Source: Podarcis melisellensis (taxonomy: Eukaryota). Taken from it: DNA of 64,000 nt. Shown here one piece after another: positions 24,838 to 37,401 of the stretch (position 1 is its first letter; each line of letters starts with the position of its first letter). The notes under the pieces were generated by a model. It saw only the letters and a program-made list of their open reading frames with translations, made no database searches and was not told where the DNA came from. The DNA is taken from NCBI GenBank assembly GCA_964234715.1, contig OZ174282.1; one strand, written 5' to 3'. A program made the translations under genes and the position numbers.

Positions 24838-26155
24838 CTAGCCAGGATAGTAAGCTAACTTCAAAACCATGGTTTAATATTCTAGCTTGTTTGTGAGCTG
24901 TTCACCATAGTTTGGGTGTTTGGATGCAACAGGAAGCTGTGGTTAGGAAATGAAACATGACTTGTTCCGCTGCTTGTGTGAAAGGAAGAACAAAGGGAGG
25001 CTACCTGCAAGTGGGAGGACTGGTTTGTGTATGTTTCACCCAACATGTACTCTAAAATGCTTGGTGTGGTTATTGTTTTGCCATCCCAGTGCTTTGGGGC
25101 ATCATAGCTAAGAGACAGGCAAATACAACTTCCTACCTTAGTTCTATTAATTGCAACTCAACCTTCCCAAAGAGCAGTATCTCCAGGATACCGGAGGTCA
25201 CCCACGGGGGCTTTGCTATTCACTGGGAAAAGGTTGCATTTCACTTTATTGCAGAAGACGTGCTTCTCAAAAGGACTCACTGAGCGTGGGAGCTGTTCTT
25301 CCAATCAGTTATTGATGCACAGAGGTTCTTTTCCCACCTCCGCCTTTAGGGTCGTCAGCCTCCCAGCCAGCCCTGGTTGTGCTGCCTGCGATGGTGATTC
25401 AGTGGCAATGTGTTTAGAGGTGACTCAGCTTCTTCAGCAGTCTATGAGTCAACTGCAGGGGAGTAACCTAATCAGTCTGAACATGTGTTGGCCCACCTGC
25501 AAGCAGTCTGCAGCACTAGGCCTCCCTGTTGCCTGGGTAAAACTCCTCAATGGAAACAAGAGGGGGAAAGCACCTCTTTCTTGTATGTTATACCTAAAAT
25601 TCAAGTGACCTTCTGGATGAGCCAGGGAGACAACACTTCTACTGGCAACAATTAAAAGAAGTACCTGAACATCTTACATTTTTAAACCTGAGAGGATGTG
25701 AGCCTCAGCCCAAACTTCCCTTTTTAAAACATGGCAGTCTTCACACAATTCTCCAAACCACGATTTGGAGGATGAGAAACAAGCTGCATGCTCCCTCCTC
25801 CCTTCTCAGAAAACTCATGTGGACTTTATTTATTTACTTTGTTGTATTTATATCCCACCGCTTTCTCCAAGGAGCTCAAGGTGAAGTACATGGTTCTCCC
25901 CTTGCTTAATTTAATCCCCACACCAACCCTGCGAAGTAGGACATATGCTGTCTTTTTGCTGTATGCAAAAAAGATGTGTGCTGCCCCCACCCCGTATAAA
26001 TAATATCAGTGGGTCCTACTCAGAGAAGATCCATTGAAATGAATGGACATGACTAACGCAGGCCCATTAGTTTCAATGCTTCTACTGTGAATGGAATTTA
26101 GTTGGAGGCAACCAACTAAGAGATAATGTACTTCAACAACTGCTACTTTTACATA

Positions 26156-26402
26156 AAGGTAAAGGTGAAGGGACCCATGACCATTAGGTCAAGTCGTGAC
26201 CGACTCTGGGGTTTCGGCGCTCATCTCGCTTTATTGGCCGAGGGAGCCGGCGTACAACTTCCGGGTCATGTGGCCAGCAGGACTAAGCCGCTTCTGGCGA
26301 ACCAGAGCAGCGCACGGAAATGCCGTTTACCTTCCCGCCGGAGCGGTACCTATTTATCTACTTGCATTTTGATGTGCTTTCGAACTGCTAGGTTGGCAGG
26401 AG
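26156..26402 (-). mobile_element. Sauria SINE, 5'-truncated
   Basis: Reverse complement of the SINE body and ACCTTT tail; 14-bp TSD GCTACTTTTACATA at 26142-26155 and 26403-26416. Confidence 0.9.
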
Positions 26403-27713
26403 GCTACTTTTACATACACATATATAATTTGTGTAGTATAATTTATATTAAAACCCTTCTCTCTAAAGGAGGAAACCAATTTGCAAGGTATGTTTAAACT
26501 GTTTTCTCGTGTGTTTTTAAAAGTCTAGGTGGTAGGAAAGAGTGATCAGGATCAGTAACACACAAACAAGTTCAGATCAGTTCAACTGGGTTGGCTGGTT
26601 TCAGGCCACAATGCATGTTGCCATATAACAGGGAAATGAAGAGGTCTGCTCAGGCCCTATGTCTTTGGGCTGAATGCCTGACTCAGCATATATATGGACC
26701 TGCCAGTCAAAACAGAGGACTGAGACTGTACGCCTGCAGCACTAAGAGCTAAAGCAGGAAGGAGAAGAGGCAGAGAGGTCTGTAAGTCCAGAGGCAGAGG
26801 AATCTCCACCAAGACTGCACCAACCCTAGGACATTCAAGGTTTCAGGCATATGTGGGTCACTGTTTCCACATTCACATTTGTATACCTTCAACCATCTAT
26901 GAGCACTTTCAAAATTCCCATCATCTCTGACCACTGGTCCTGTTAGCTAGGGATGATGGGAGTTGTAGTCCCAGAACTTCTGGAGGGCAGTTTGCCTATG
27001 CCTGCTCTAACCACTACACCACACTGGCTCCCAAATAGTACTTCCCCCCACACTGTAAGCTCCAAAAGTGTGAGGCCCATTGTGGGCACTGTGTGCAAGT
27101 ATTTGGTTCTTTGTGTGTAAGCACTTCTTTAATTTAATTTCGAACTACAAGTTTTCCAATATTCCAGATTCCCACAGAATCACAGCAAAGTCTACTGGGG
27201 ACATGTGCACAGGTATTTGCATACCTGTCAGGCACACATTCCTTTTCATTCTTCTTTTAAATGTAAGTTTTTTCAATATTCCAGATTTGCACAGAACTTC
27301 AGTAAATATATAAAATTTGTGTCACTCCAAGTCAGGCAAGAATTTGGAGTCACTTGCATGAAAACCTTATTCTTACTTTCTTTCCCTTCCCCTTCCCCAC
27401 CTCCTATACCTGACAAGGGAAAATTTCTATTTTTGACACAGCTGTTTTGTGAAATACCTCTTCTGCCGAAAAGACCTGTTTTAAAAACTTTTTTAAAAAT
27501 TATGGGGCACCTGAATCCCTTTCCTATTGGAAAAGGATTCAGGTACCCCATAATTTTTTTTAAAAAATAATAATTATGGGGCTATTGGCTCCCTTTTATA
27601 GGGAGTTATGGTGATTGCAGAATCAAAGTGTTGAAGGTTATCTATGTTGATGCAAGAATTTTAAAAAAGAAAAGAGAAGAAATCTTTTTAAACTGCACAT
27701 GTTTTGCAACTTA

Positions 27714-27809
<96 letters not shown>

Positions 27810-28721
27810 TTAAAAACAAAACCAGATGAATTATTTCACCTCGATGTCTTTGCCTTTTTATAGCAAAGGGAACAGTTGCAACTGAAAGTTTGTTAAGCTG
27901 AAGGTGGGCAGAATGAAGCCCTTGGTCAGATGCCCCACTGAAACTGCAAAAACGAGGAGGTGGGGAGGGAGAGAGCAGACGCACAGCTCATCAAAACACA
28001 ACTGGGATTTTAAACTGCACTGTGATTTACACAACATGATAAATTACAAACTACTTTGGAAGCTGATGCTCAAAAGTGGCCTAAAATTATTTTCAAAGAA
28101 ATAAATTTCCTTTATTCTAGGAGTAGAGGACTGGTGCCCTCCAATGTTGCTGGACTACAACTCCCATTATCCTGACTCACTGGCCAGGCCAGCTAAGGCT
28201 GACAGAGTCCAATAACTGGGGGTCATTGGCTGGAGGTTCTCCAGTCCCAACTACTCCCTTGCTGCCACCGCAGAAGCAGCAAGAAAGGTCAATTAGGCAG
28301 GTAGGCTAGTTGGAGTTTCATAGGGGAAGCTGTGGGAGACACCTGACTCTGCTGTCTTCCCCGTGACATCATCAAGAACAGGCTAAGCGTTATACTAACT
28401 CTCCAAGTAAGTGGGGAACTCTGCTGTTTGTGGCTTCTTTCTGCAAGCTCAATTCCAAGCCTGAACAGGGAGGGGAGGGAGATGGGTACCAGCCACAACG
28501 GCTATGCTCTGCCTCCACAGATGGAAGAGAGGTGAGTGCCCACAGGAATCAGACCTGGCAGCTCCACCACAGAGCCACCATGACAGCTTCTCTGCTGACA
28601 GTCACAGAGCAGAGAGCCAGGCAGAAACAGAGAAGGTCCCTTAGGAAGGTGCTTGACATAGAGGGTTAGAGTGTGAGTGGGCGGAGTTACAAGCCAGTCC
28701 AGGCAACTGGTTAATCTAGAA

Positions 28722-28917
28722 ATTAGGACTACAATTCCCATCATCCCTGACCACTGGTCCTGTTAGCTAGGGATGATGGGAGTTGTAGTCCCCAAACTCT
28801 GCCCTCCAGATGTTTTGGGACTACAACTCCCATCATCCCTAGCTAACAGGACCAGTGGTCAGGGATGATGGGAATTGTAGTCCCAAAACATCTGGAGGGC
28901 CGAATTTGGGGATGCCT
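28722..28917. mobile_element. Two adjacent, oppositely oriented palindromic hAT MITE copies
   Basis: GGACTACAA(T/C)TCCCATCATCCCT...AGGGATGATGGGA core appears twice, with inverted internal spacers. Confidence 0.8.
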
Positions 28918-29808
28918 AATCTAGTTAGCAGCAGTCCTCAGAAGTCTCAGCGTTTTCTCTGTTCCGCTTCCTTAATAAAGAAACTAACCATAAGTTAGCA
29001 GCCATGTCACTGTCATTTTCTGTTCTGCAAATGACCTGTCGGCTCCTTGAGAGCTGGTGGCATTTTATATATAAGTAGTGTTAAAGAAGCAAAAAGTACA
29101 GGCTAAAAGATGTGCATCCTCCCTCTGCAATACTGCTGTGTATTTCATAACATTCATTCAAATGCCTTAAGAAACATGCAGGAGATCCTAAAGTGGCAGG
29201 GACCTCTCACCTACTTGGAGTAGCAAAAAGGACTGGTCCCAGGCTGATATTTGAAACCCCAGACAAAAGTGCAGCCACATCTAGAGGCCCTAAGCAAGAT
29301 CAGGGGAAAGCCCTCCTGGTTAAGATCTCGGGTCTGCTGACCTAGTAATTAAGGTAAGCTACAAATACAAAATTCTTCACTGCTCAAATGGCAACCCTGC
29401 CCCAAGCTCAAAACTTATTTCTCCTCCTTCCCTCCCAGCTTTGAAAACAAAGTGCTTCTGTTTCCTGTTTCCACAGAGCACAACAAAGGTATCTGACTGA
29501 AAAACAGGAATGCCTTCAGCTCTGCATCTCTGAAAGGCTCCCAAAAGGTCCACATGCCCATCTTAATAAGCCAGTTCTAATGAATCCCATACCAACTAGC
29601 TGGGAGCTGAGATTTACCCTTCCTGCGGCCTTTGTCATAATATAACCTACAATTTAGTAAACAAAAAATACAACTCATTGATGGGAAAAGAGGATGGCTG
29701 CCAATATCTTCTATTTCCTAATAAAATAATGTTATATTTATAACAATAATAAACTGGAACCAAAACCCTCCAAAAATGGATAATTTAGGCTAAGCTATTC
29801 TTAGTCCA

Positions 29809-30162
29809 GGGACGCGGGTGGCGCTGTGGGTTAAACCACAGAGCCTAGGACTTGCCGATCCGAAGGTCAGCAATTCAAATCCCCACAACGGGGTGAGCTC
29901 CCTTTGCTCGGTCCCTGCTCCTGCCAACCTAGCAGTTCAAAAGCACGTCAAAGTGCAAGTAGATAAATAGGTACCGCTCTGGCGGGAAGGTAAACAGCAT
30001 TTCCGTGCGCTGCTCTGGTTCGCCAGAACCGGCTTAGTCATGCTGGCCACATGAGTCAGAAGCTGTACGCCAACTCCCTCGGCCAATAAAGTGAGATGAG
30101 AACCGCAACCCCAGAGTCGGTCACGACTGGACCTAATGGTCAGAGGTCCCTTTACCTTTACC
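29809..30162 (+). mobile_element. Sauria SINE, full length
   Basis: Highly similar to 962-1310; TTTACC tail. Confidence 0.92.
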
Positions 30163-30300
30163 TAGCTATTTATGTAGCCTCTCTCAGGTGAAACTGCTTT
30201 CACCAGTTAATTAACTAAGGTTGCAAATATCCTCACCTCACTTATCTGGGAGTTAGCTCCATTACATGGGACTTTACTTCTAAGTAGACATGGTTGGGAC

Positions 30301-30855
30301 TAGGCGTGGGCAATGTATCGATACGTTGCCTGAAACTGGTTTAAATTTAAAATGGCAAGAGCGATTTTAAAATTTCCAATCAGACAATGTATCACTAATC
30401 CCTGGCCCTGCTCTCTCTCACACACACACACCACAGCACAGCTGCTGGCCTCAGGAGTGGGGTTTGCCTGCCTGCAAGCCAGTGCCTTCATTTATTTCCC
30501 TGGCCATGTGAGTGCCGCTTCCTCCCTCCATTCCTCCTTGCGCAGAGCAGAACAGTGGTTTGTGGTAGCCGCCGCTTGTACAGTGAGAGACTATCACTGG
30601 GGCGAGCTGCGGCTGGCAGTTCCAGTGCCAGGCCATGTGGTGCCCTGGCTGCTGTGCTCTGCCCAGGGTAGTATCACCTGCCCAGCCTTGCCAGGAAGAG
30701 GCAGAAGCTGCCCAGGGTGATGCTAATCGCATCCAGGGCTGGCAACTGCCTTCTTCCTCCCCATCTCCTTTCGGACATCGTAATATACCGCCACATCGTG
30801 AAGTTTACCTGGCGATATATTACGATGTTGGAAAGCATATATCGCCCAGCCCTAG
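30301..30855. mobile_element. Non-autonomous DNA transposon (hAT-like)
   Basis: Imperfect TIRs TAGGCGTGGGCAAT... / ...ATATCGCCCAGCCCTA. Confidence 0.55.
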
Positions 30856-31460
30856 TTAGGACTGCATCCTTAAACCTTAATTAAAGGTGATCCGTTAAAA
30901 CAGTCTGGGGCCAACCAAAACAGCACAGAGAAAAATCCTGCAGAAAGAATGATCATGTTGTTTGTGACATTTCACTTGGTCCTAATCAATTTATTGCTCT
31001 CCTATGACTTTGGGATCCTCTTCAAATAAACCAACAAGGCTACTCATGGAAGTTATTTTTTTATTTGATTTATTTATTTCATAGAATCTATAAATCATTT
31101 TTCACCAGAAGCCCCAAGGAGTTGTACAACAATATAAAGGTAGTTCAACAGACTAAGGTCAGTTAAAAGCAATTCCATACACTGCAACACACAACGTTAC
31201 TGCACTAAGACCATGAGGTGTACAAAAGCACCTAGACCTAAGGCAGTATTAGTTAGTTCTCCAAAGGCCTGGGAGAAAAGGCAGGTCTTAGTAGGATGGT
31301 GAAAAGCTACAATAACATTCCTACCTGTGCCTTCGGGCTTAATTAGACCAATTTGGTCCACCAGACCAAGCCTTTCCCATCTGACACTGCATTAATGCCA
31401 AAAAGGGCTCCAGAAGCTTTATTTGGAAGCCCCTTGAAAGCAGCTGTCAGAGATCTAGGA

Positions 31461-31598
31461 CAGGCATAGGCAAACTCCGGCCCTCCAGATGTTTTGAGAC
31501 TACAATTCCCATCATCTCTGACCACTGGTCCTGTTAGCTAGGGATGATGGGAGTTGTAGTTCCAAAACATTTGGAGGGCCAGAGTTTGGCTATGCCTG
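31461..31598. mobile_element. Palindromic hAT MITE, complete
   Basis: TIRs CAGGCATAG...CTATGCCTG; 8-bp TSD ATCTAGGA/TTCTAGGA. Confidence 0.88.
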
Positions 31599-33267
31599 TT
31601 CTAGGAGCACGTCAGGCCAGTGTTATGCATAACACAGAATGAAATCAGTGTCCTCAGCCCTCACCGCCCTGCCACTAGGGCTTCTTCAACTTCTCATAGA
31701 TCATCAGAACAATGGCAAACCCATGCTGGCTGGTGCTGATGGGAGCTGTAGCCCCAAAAAGCTGGAGAGCAGCTGGAGAAGGCCAGACTAGAGCTTAAAT
31801 GGAGTTCCAAGGTCACTGACCATGGATCAGATTTTGGCCCAATCTGTCTCATCTATTTCATGCACAAGTTGGCAACAGTGACCCAATGCCATCTGTCAGA
31901 GATTCTTTGTTGTGATTCCTGCCTTGCAGGGGGTTCGACTAGACTACGCTTTAGGTCCCTTCCAACTCTACAGTTCTATGAGCTTGTGAACTTTTGGGAC
32001 ACCATACCACTTCATAGCTGGAAAGACAAGAGTCCCCACCTTGGGTTGAGTTCACTGCTATGCCACTCTCTTCCCCTCAGAAACAACAGTTCAGGTGCAA
32101 GTGTAAGTCCAAGGCCCAATTCTGCTGGCAGAGTCACAAGTAAAGCCCTGGAAACTACCACTTGCTACCTTCCATACCTTTGACTCTGAGGGTAAATGGA
32201 AAAGACAGTTCATGCTGTCAAGCCCTAGCAGGTCCTGGGGGATTCACAGTCCCTTTCAGCCAACTATCACACCAAAGGCTCCCGCAATCCTAACTGACTG
32301 AATCAAGCAAGTGCTTGCTGGTGTTAGAAACTCAGATATATAGGCAGGGCACCAAACGGCGCTTCAAACCTAGGTTATGGTCACCACAAGAGGATGTTGA
32401 TTCACAGGAGCTTGGACTCCGTGACCCTTGGGGTCCTTTCCAATGCTACAATTCTACATGTTTATGATCTCAACTACATTGCTTGACTGTAGCTTGCTCT
32501 TACAAGAATTCACTTGTCCCAGTATGCAAGACGGAGAAACACACCCAATGGAAATGGAAATGATATTAACTATGGAACAAGGCAGAGGTTTTTAAACAGT
32601 GGTTTGTGAGTTCCCTTTGGGTGGCCTGCGGAGAGGCTGCAGCACAGTCAAATATCTCTGTACTCAGCCCTGCACCTACTTTCCTTGAACTGATGATGGA
32701 GGACTGCATGCAAGTCAGTTGGCTCAGTTGCCAATCTGGTGCCCCAAACTCTCCACGTAGTCGTGATTGGACCTGTGCCAGTAGCAAAATGCGCCTGGTA
32801 CCTACCTGGGAATTTAGAACACTGGTGCTTGGCTCTCATCAAAACTGATTCAGCAAAAGCCACCAACCTAGGTGCAGCATGATTTCAGCTTTGTGGTAAT
32901 TGTTGGAAGCTGCACCTATGGAGTTGCCTTTCCAGAACTGAGAAGCATCATCTCCTTCTTCCCATATTTGTTCTTGAAACAAGCAAACAAAAAAGCAACC
33001 AAACCCTCCAGTAAGGTGAGAGTTGCTCCACTGTCTCTTTTCCCTTGCAGGCTGCAAGGATTTGCCCTCTGTTGGGTGTAAACACAGCTGGTCTTTTCTT
33101 TGAAGTCTGAATGAGACTGGCTTTGGCCAGACTATACACTTGGCTCAGTTGCCAACCTACTTTAAAATAACAAGAGACCCTAAACAGAAATCCTTAAATC
33201 TTGGCCAGTTCCACTGCTAGGGCAGGAAATACAAAGGCATCGGCATGGTTGGTCTATGCTGACCAAA

Positions 33268-33311
33268 TTGGTATCTGAAGAAGTGTGCATGCACACGAAA
33301 GCTCATACCAA
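33268..33311 (+). ncRNA. Minimal type I hammerhead ribozyme motif (Penelope-associated)
   Basis: Stem I TTGGTAT/ATACCAA, core CTGAAGA plus an extra A, stem II GTGTG-catg-CACAC, GAAA, GC, UC cleavage site (after 33304). Confidence 0.8.
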
Positions 33312-33360
33312 GAACTAACTTAGTTGGTCTTTAAGGTGCTACTGGAAGGAATTTTTTTTG
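33268..33360 (+). mobile_element. Penelope-like element terminal fragment
   Basis: Hammerhead followed by CCAAGAACTAACTTAGTTGGTCTTTAAGGTGCTACTGGAAGGA and a T-tract, identical to the segment at 34398-34440. Confidence 0.7.
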
Positions 33361-33777
33361 TTCAAATCTCAGCTATTAGTGGCCAGCCAAAGATCAGTTA
33401 ATCAGTGACATAGCAACATGTAAGATGGCTTTATAACTGTTAAAACAGTAAAATTGTTTTGCAAACAAGTCCACAAAAGTTGCAGGCCCACCTGCCCAGA
33501 AGTCCTTAAGTTAGTAAGATATACCCTAAAAGAAAACAATTGGCATTGGCCCAGGTCCACTCACTGGTCACTTGCAAAAATTTCTTACTCACCATTGGCA
33601 ACCAGGTACATAGCTATTTACAGCCTGATTCAACCAGTCACTCGTTATCAAATCCCTTCATTGAGCCTTTTTTCAGATGGGGGGGGGACTTGATGAGTGC
33701 TCATTACTCTTCTGAAAATACAGTGAGGAAGGAAGAAGCTATGCCTGTTTTCCAGGTCGAAAAACTGAGCCTAATAC

Positions 33778-33913
33778 CAGGCATAGGAAAACTCGGCGCT
33801 CCAGATGTTTTGGGACTACAACTCCCATCATCCCTAGCTAACAGGACCAGTGGTCAGGGATGATGGGAATTGTAGTCTCAAAACATCTGGAGGGCTGAGT
33901 TTGCCTATGCCTG
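33778..33913. mobile_element. Palindromic hAT MITE, complete
   Basis: TIRs CAGGCATAGG...CCTATGCCTG; CTAATAC duplicated on both flanks. Confidence 0.88.
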
Positions 33914-34239
33914 CTAATACTGTTGGGAAGCTAAGGACAGCCTTACTGGACTGGGTCCAGGGCAGGGCTGAAGGTCTAACCTGAAAAGCAACTCCTCCAC
34001 CAAACTGAAGGTGTATGACCTGCTGTATAACAAAATGTTCCAAGAGACTTAGCAGGATAACACAGATAGGCTCGCTGTAAACAGCTGGAGAAGGGAATTT
34101 CAGTGGCACCTCTGAAAGCATCACTGCCTGGAGAGGTTGCTAGAGGAAGCTGGCAGAGGAAGACATCAATGCATGTAAAAATAGAAACAAAAGATATTCA
34201 CAAGAGCAGACCGCATGAAGGCCAGAGGTTGGCTGAGAT

Positions 34240-34840
34240 ATAGAGGGTGATCAAGGGTTTGGAAGCCAAACCTTATGAAGAATGTTACAGATAGGTAGCC
34301 GTGTTGGTCTGCCATAGTCAAAACAAAACAAAATTCCTTCCAGTAGCACCTTAAAGACCAACTAAGTTAGTTCTTGGTATGAGCTTTCGTGTGCATGCCA
34401 AGAACTAACTTAGTTGGTCTTTAAGGTGCTACTGGAAGGATTTTTTTTTTCTTATGAAGAATGGTTGAGGGAGTTGGGTCTGTTTAGCCTGGAGAAGAGG
34501 CAAGCTGAGAGGTGCTATGATAGCCAACTTCATATATCTGAAGGAATGTCACACGGAAGAGGAAACAAGCTTGTTTTCTGCTGCTCCAGAGGGCAGGACC
34601 TGAACCAATGGATTCAAATGAGAAGGAGGGAGATTCTGACTAAACATTAGGAAGAACTTTATGAAGGTAAGAGCTGTTTGACAGTGGAATGAACTCCACT
34701 TCACTGTGGGGGGTGGGTTGTTAAGCAGAGGTTGGATGGCCATCTGTCGGGGATTCATTAGCTGTTATTCCGGCATTGCAGGGGGTTGGACTAGATGGCC
34801 CCTGGGATTCCTTCCAACTCCACAATTCTATGATTCTATG
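34240..34840 (+). mobile_element. CR1 LINE 3' fragment, interrupted by a Penelope-derived insert
   Basis: YEEWLRELGLFSLEKR coding remnant; ATTCTATG tail. Confidence 0.85.
34285..34450. mobile_element. Penelope-derived fold-back insert
   Basis: 13-bp TSD CTTATGAAGAATG (34272-34284, 34451-34463); perfect 43-bp inverted repeat (34335-34377 / 34398-34440); 3' half of a hammerhead on the minus strand. Confidence 0.8.
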
Positions 34841-34952
34841 CAAAGCATGGGTGGGCAAACTGATGCCCTCCAGATGTTGTTGGGCTTCAGCTCCTGTCAG
34901 CCCAGCTGAACACAGCCAATGGCAGCAACATGCATCCTAGAATTGCTTTTTT

Positions 34953-34959
34953 TGCTGCT

Positions 34960-34990
<31 letters not shown>

Positions 34991-34995
34991 ATGAT
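34953..34995. repeat. Compound (GCT)n(GAT)n microsatellite
   Basis: Read directly from the sequence. Confidence 0.9.
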
Positions 34996-36699
34996 ACTAG
35001 CTGGAAGGCTTAACACCATATATTCCAGTTTTGGCCACTTGGTAACTTACAGATAACTTTGAACATGCTTAGGAAAGCTGGCTTATGAATTTGTTGGGCC
35101 CTGACCACAAACAGGTCCCCACACCCCAGAGTTGCAGCCGATACTTCACTATAGGGCAGGAATTCAAACTAAACACATATAGCCATGGTAAAGGAAAACC
35201 AACATCATTTATATATTATATCTATGAAAGGCAGGAATGATTTGACGCTAGGCCTTCCAGATGTTGTTGGATCCCAACTCCCATCAGCCCCAGGCAGCCT
35301 GGCCTAAAGTCTGGGGTGATGGAAGCTGCAGCTCAGCAACATCTGGAGGGACCAATATGAGCTACAACTGACACAAGGCCAGTAAGTGGGCTGAGACCCG
35401 TGGCCACCATCAGAATTCTCTGCTACATAATGCACGGTGTTGGTGGAGATCACACCAAGTGCAGCTTCTTCAAACATTGTGGCAGCCGTAGCAAGAGAGT
35501 TTGGAGATATTTCAGAACTTGCCCAGTACAACATCTGGCCCATGGCTGGTGCTCTACAAACTTTACATTAGCCTTTGCCAACCTGATGCCCTCCAGATGT
35601 TTTGGACTACAATTCCCACCATGTGGTCCCCTGGGAGTGTGCCATGTTGGCACAGGCTCCTTTCCACAGGGGTTAAAGCACTTTCAAAGTTGGAAGTCGC
35701 TGACTTGAAGGTTTCTGAGGGACAAAGGAACTCCTGCTTCCCCCACCACCGCCCTTTTCTCACCCAACCCTAATTTTTATTCCAAGCACATCTTTGTGGC
35801 CCAGTGCCAAGAGAAAGAGAAAACAAATCTCAGCTGGACAGCAGCCATCCAGACAAACGACCAATAATGGACATGCAGCGCCGTCTGGTTTTATCACCAG
35901 CAGCTGATGGCATAAGTCCTTAGTAACTCCTCTTGGCTGCCTTCTCTCTTACTGCATTATTTCTCCCCCATATGGAGAAAGCTGATGTGCACAGCACAAA
36001 GAGCTGACTTTTCCATGTGGTGCATTCAGCTCACAACCACCACACTGCAGGGCAAAGGTGCCATCTTTGGGGGGCCTGGATGCCCAGCCAGGCAACTCAA
36101 AGGCAACCCAAAACATTGCGCGTGTGACATCACATGGCATGACATAGGCGCCATCTCCATGGGGCCAACAGAGGCCCTGTCCCAGTCACTGCCACTACGC
36201 CAGAGAGCCAGCGAAGGCAAGGCAGTGGTTGTCACATGGTGACGCAAGTGACGCAATGACATCATGTCGTGCATGAGCCGCTGGGCACCCACAATCTGGG
36301 GCCCAAGTTGGCACCTCTGCTGCAGGGGTCATCAATGGAAGATGTGGGAAAGGGCAGAGCTGACAGCTCAAAACCCTATGGGGCCCTTCCCTTCCCCTGT
36401 ACTCAGCTGAAGGCTCTTTTCCCATAGAGCTAAACCCACACCTACAATCAGATGCTGTGCTGGCAACATGGCCTTACAGTTCCTTATTGTGTGCAAACAG
36501 CTTTTTTAAAGCTTCCTCAATGATGGCAAGGGTGCCCCTGCACTCCTTAAATGCAACAAGTCCCATGCTTCTTAAGAAGATAAAAAGGAAACACTTATTC
36601 ACTTTGTGCACAGTTAACTGAGGGAACTCACTGCTACAAGGTGTGGTGATGGTCACTGACTTAGATACACATAGTTTAGGCCCCATTACCCCAGAAGAG

Positions 36700-37065
36700 G
36701 GGACGCGGGTGGCACTGTGGGTAAAACCTCAGCGCCTAGGACTTGCCAATCGCATGGTCGGCGGTTTGAATCCCCGCAGCGGGGTGAGCTCCTGTCGTTC
36801 GGTCCCAGCTCCTGCCCACCTAGCAGTTCGAAAGCACCCTTAAGTGCAAGTAGATAAATAGGTACTGCTTTATAGCAGGAAGGTAAATGGCGTTTCTGTG
36901 TGCTGCTCCGGTGCCAGTTCGCCAGAGCAGCTTCATCATGCTGGCCACGTGACCCAGAAGTGTCTTCGGACAGCGCTGGCTCCCGGCCTCTAGAGTGAGA
37001 TGAGCGCACAACCCTAGAGTCTGGCAAGACTGGCCCGTACAGGCAGGGGTACCTTTACCTTTACT
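36700..37065 (+). mobile_element. Sauria SINE, second subfamily
   Basis: Same head as the other copies with a divergent 3' half; 14-bp TSD TTACCCCAGAAGAG at 36686-36699 and 37066-37079. Confidence 0.9.
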
Positions 37066-37401
37066 TTACCCCAGAAGAGAAGTCAGTAAAAATGACTCAG
37101 CTAGTTGTTTTGTGAAAAGTAATCTTTTAGAAGGGACTGGCAATACAGGCTGGTTCGCACCTGTGCTGCAGATTCATTTTTGTTTCAGACCTGTGCCAGA
37201 GTTAACACAGAAAGCCTCAGCATTATTTGCAAGAGCTCAAAATACTGATGTGGAGAGTGCAAATGTCATGCAACTCCGCACATGTGCACACGCATGCACA
37301 GACACAAACACCCACCCTCAGGCAACACTTGTTTTCGTTTTTTGGAAACCAGGATTATTCCTTTGCAAGACACAAGGGGGCAGGGAAATCACATGACTCA
37401 C

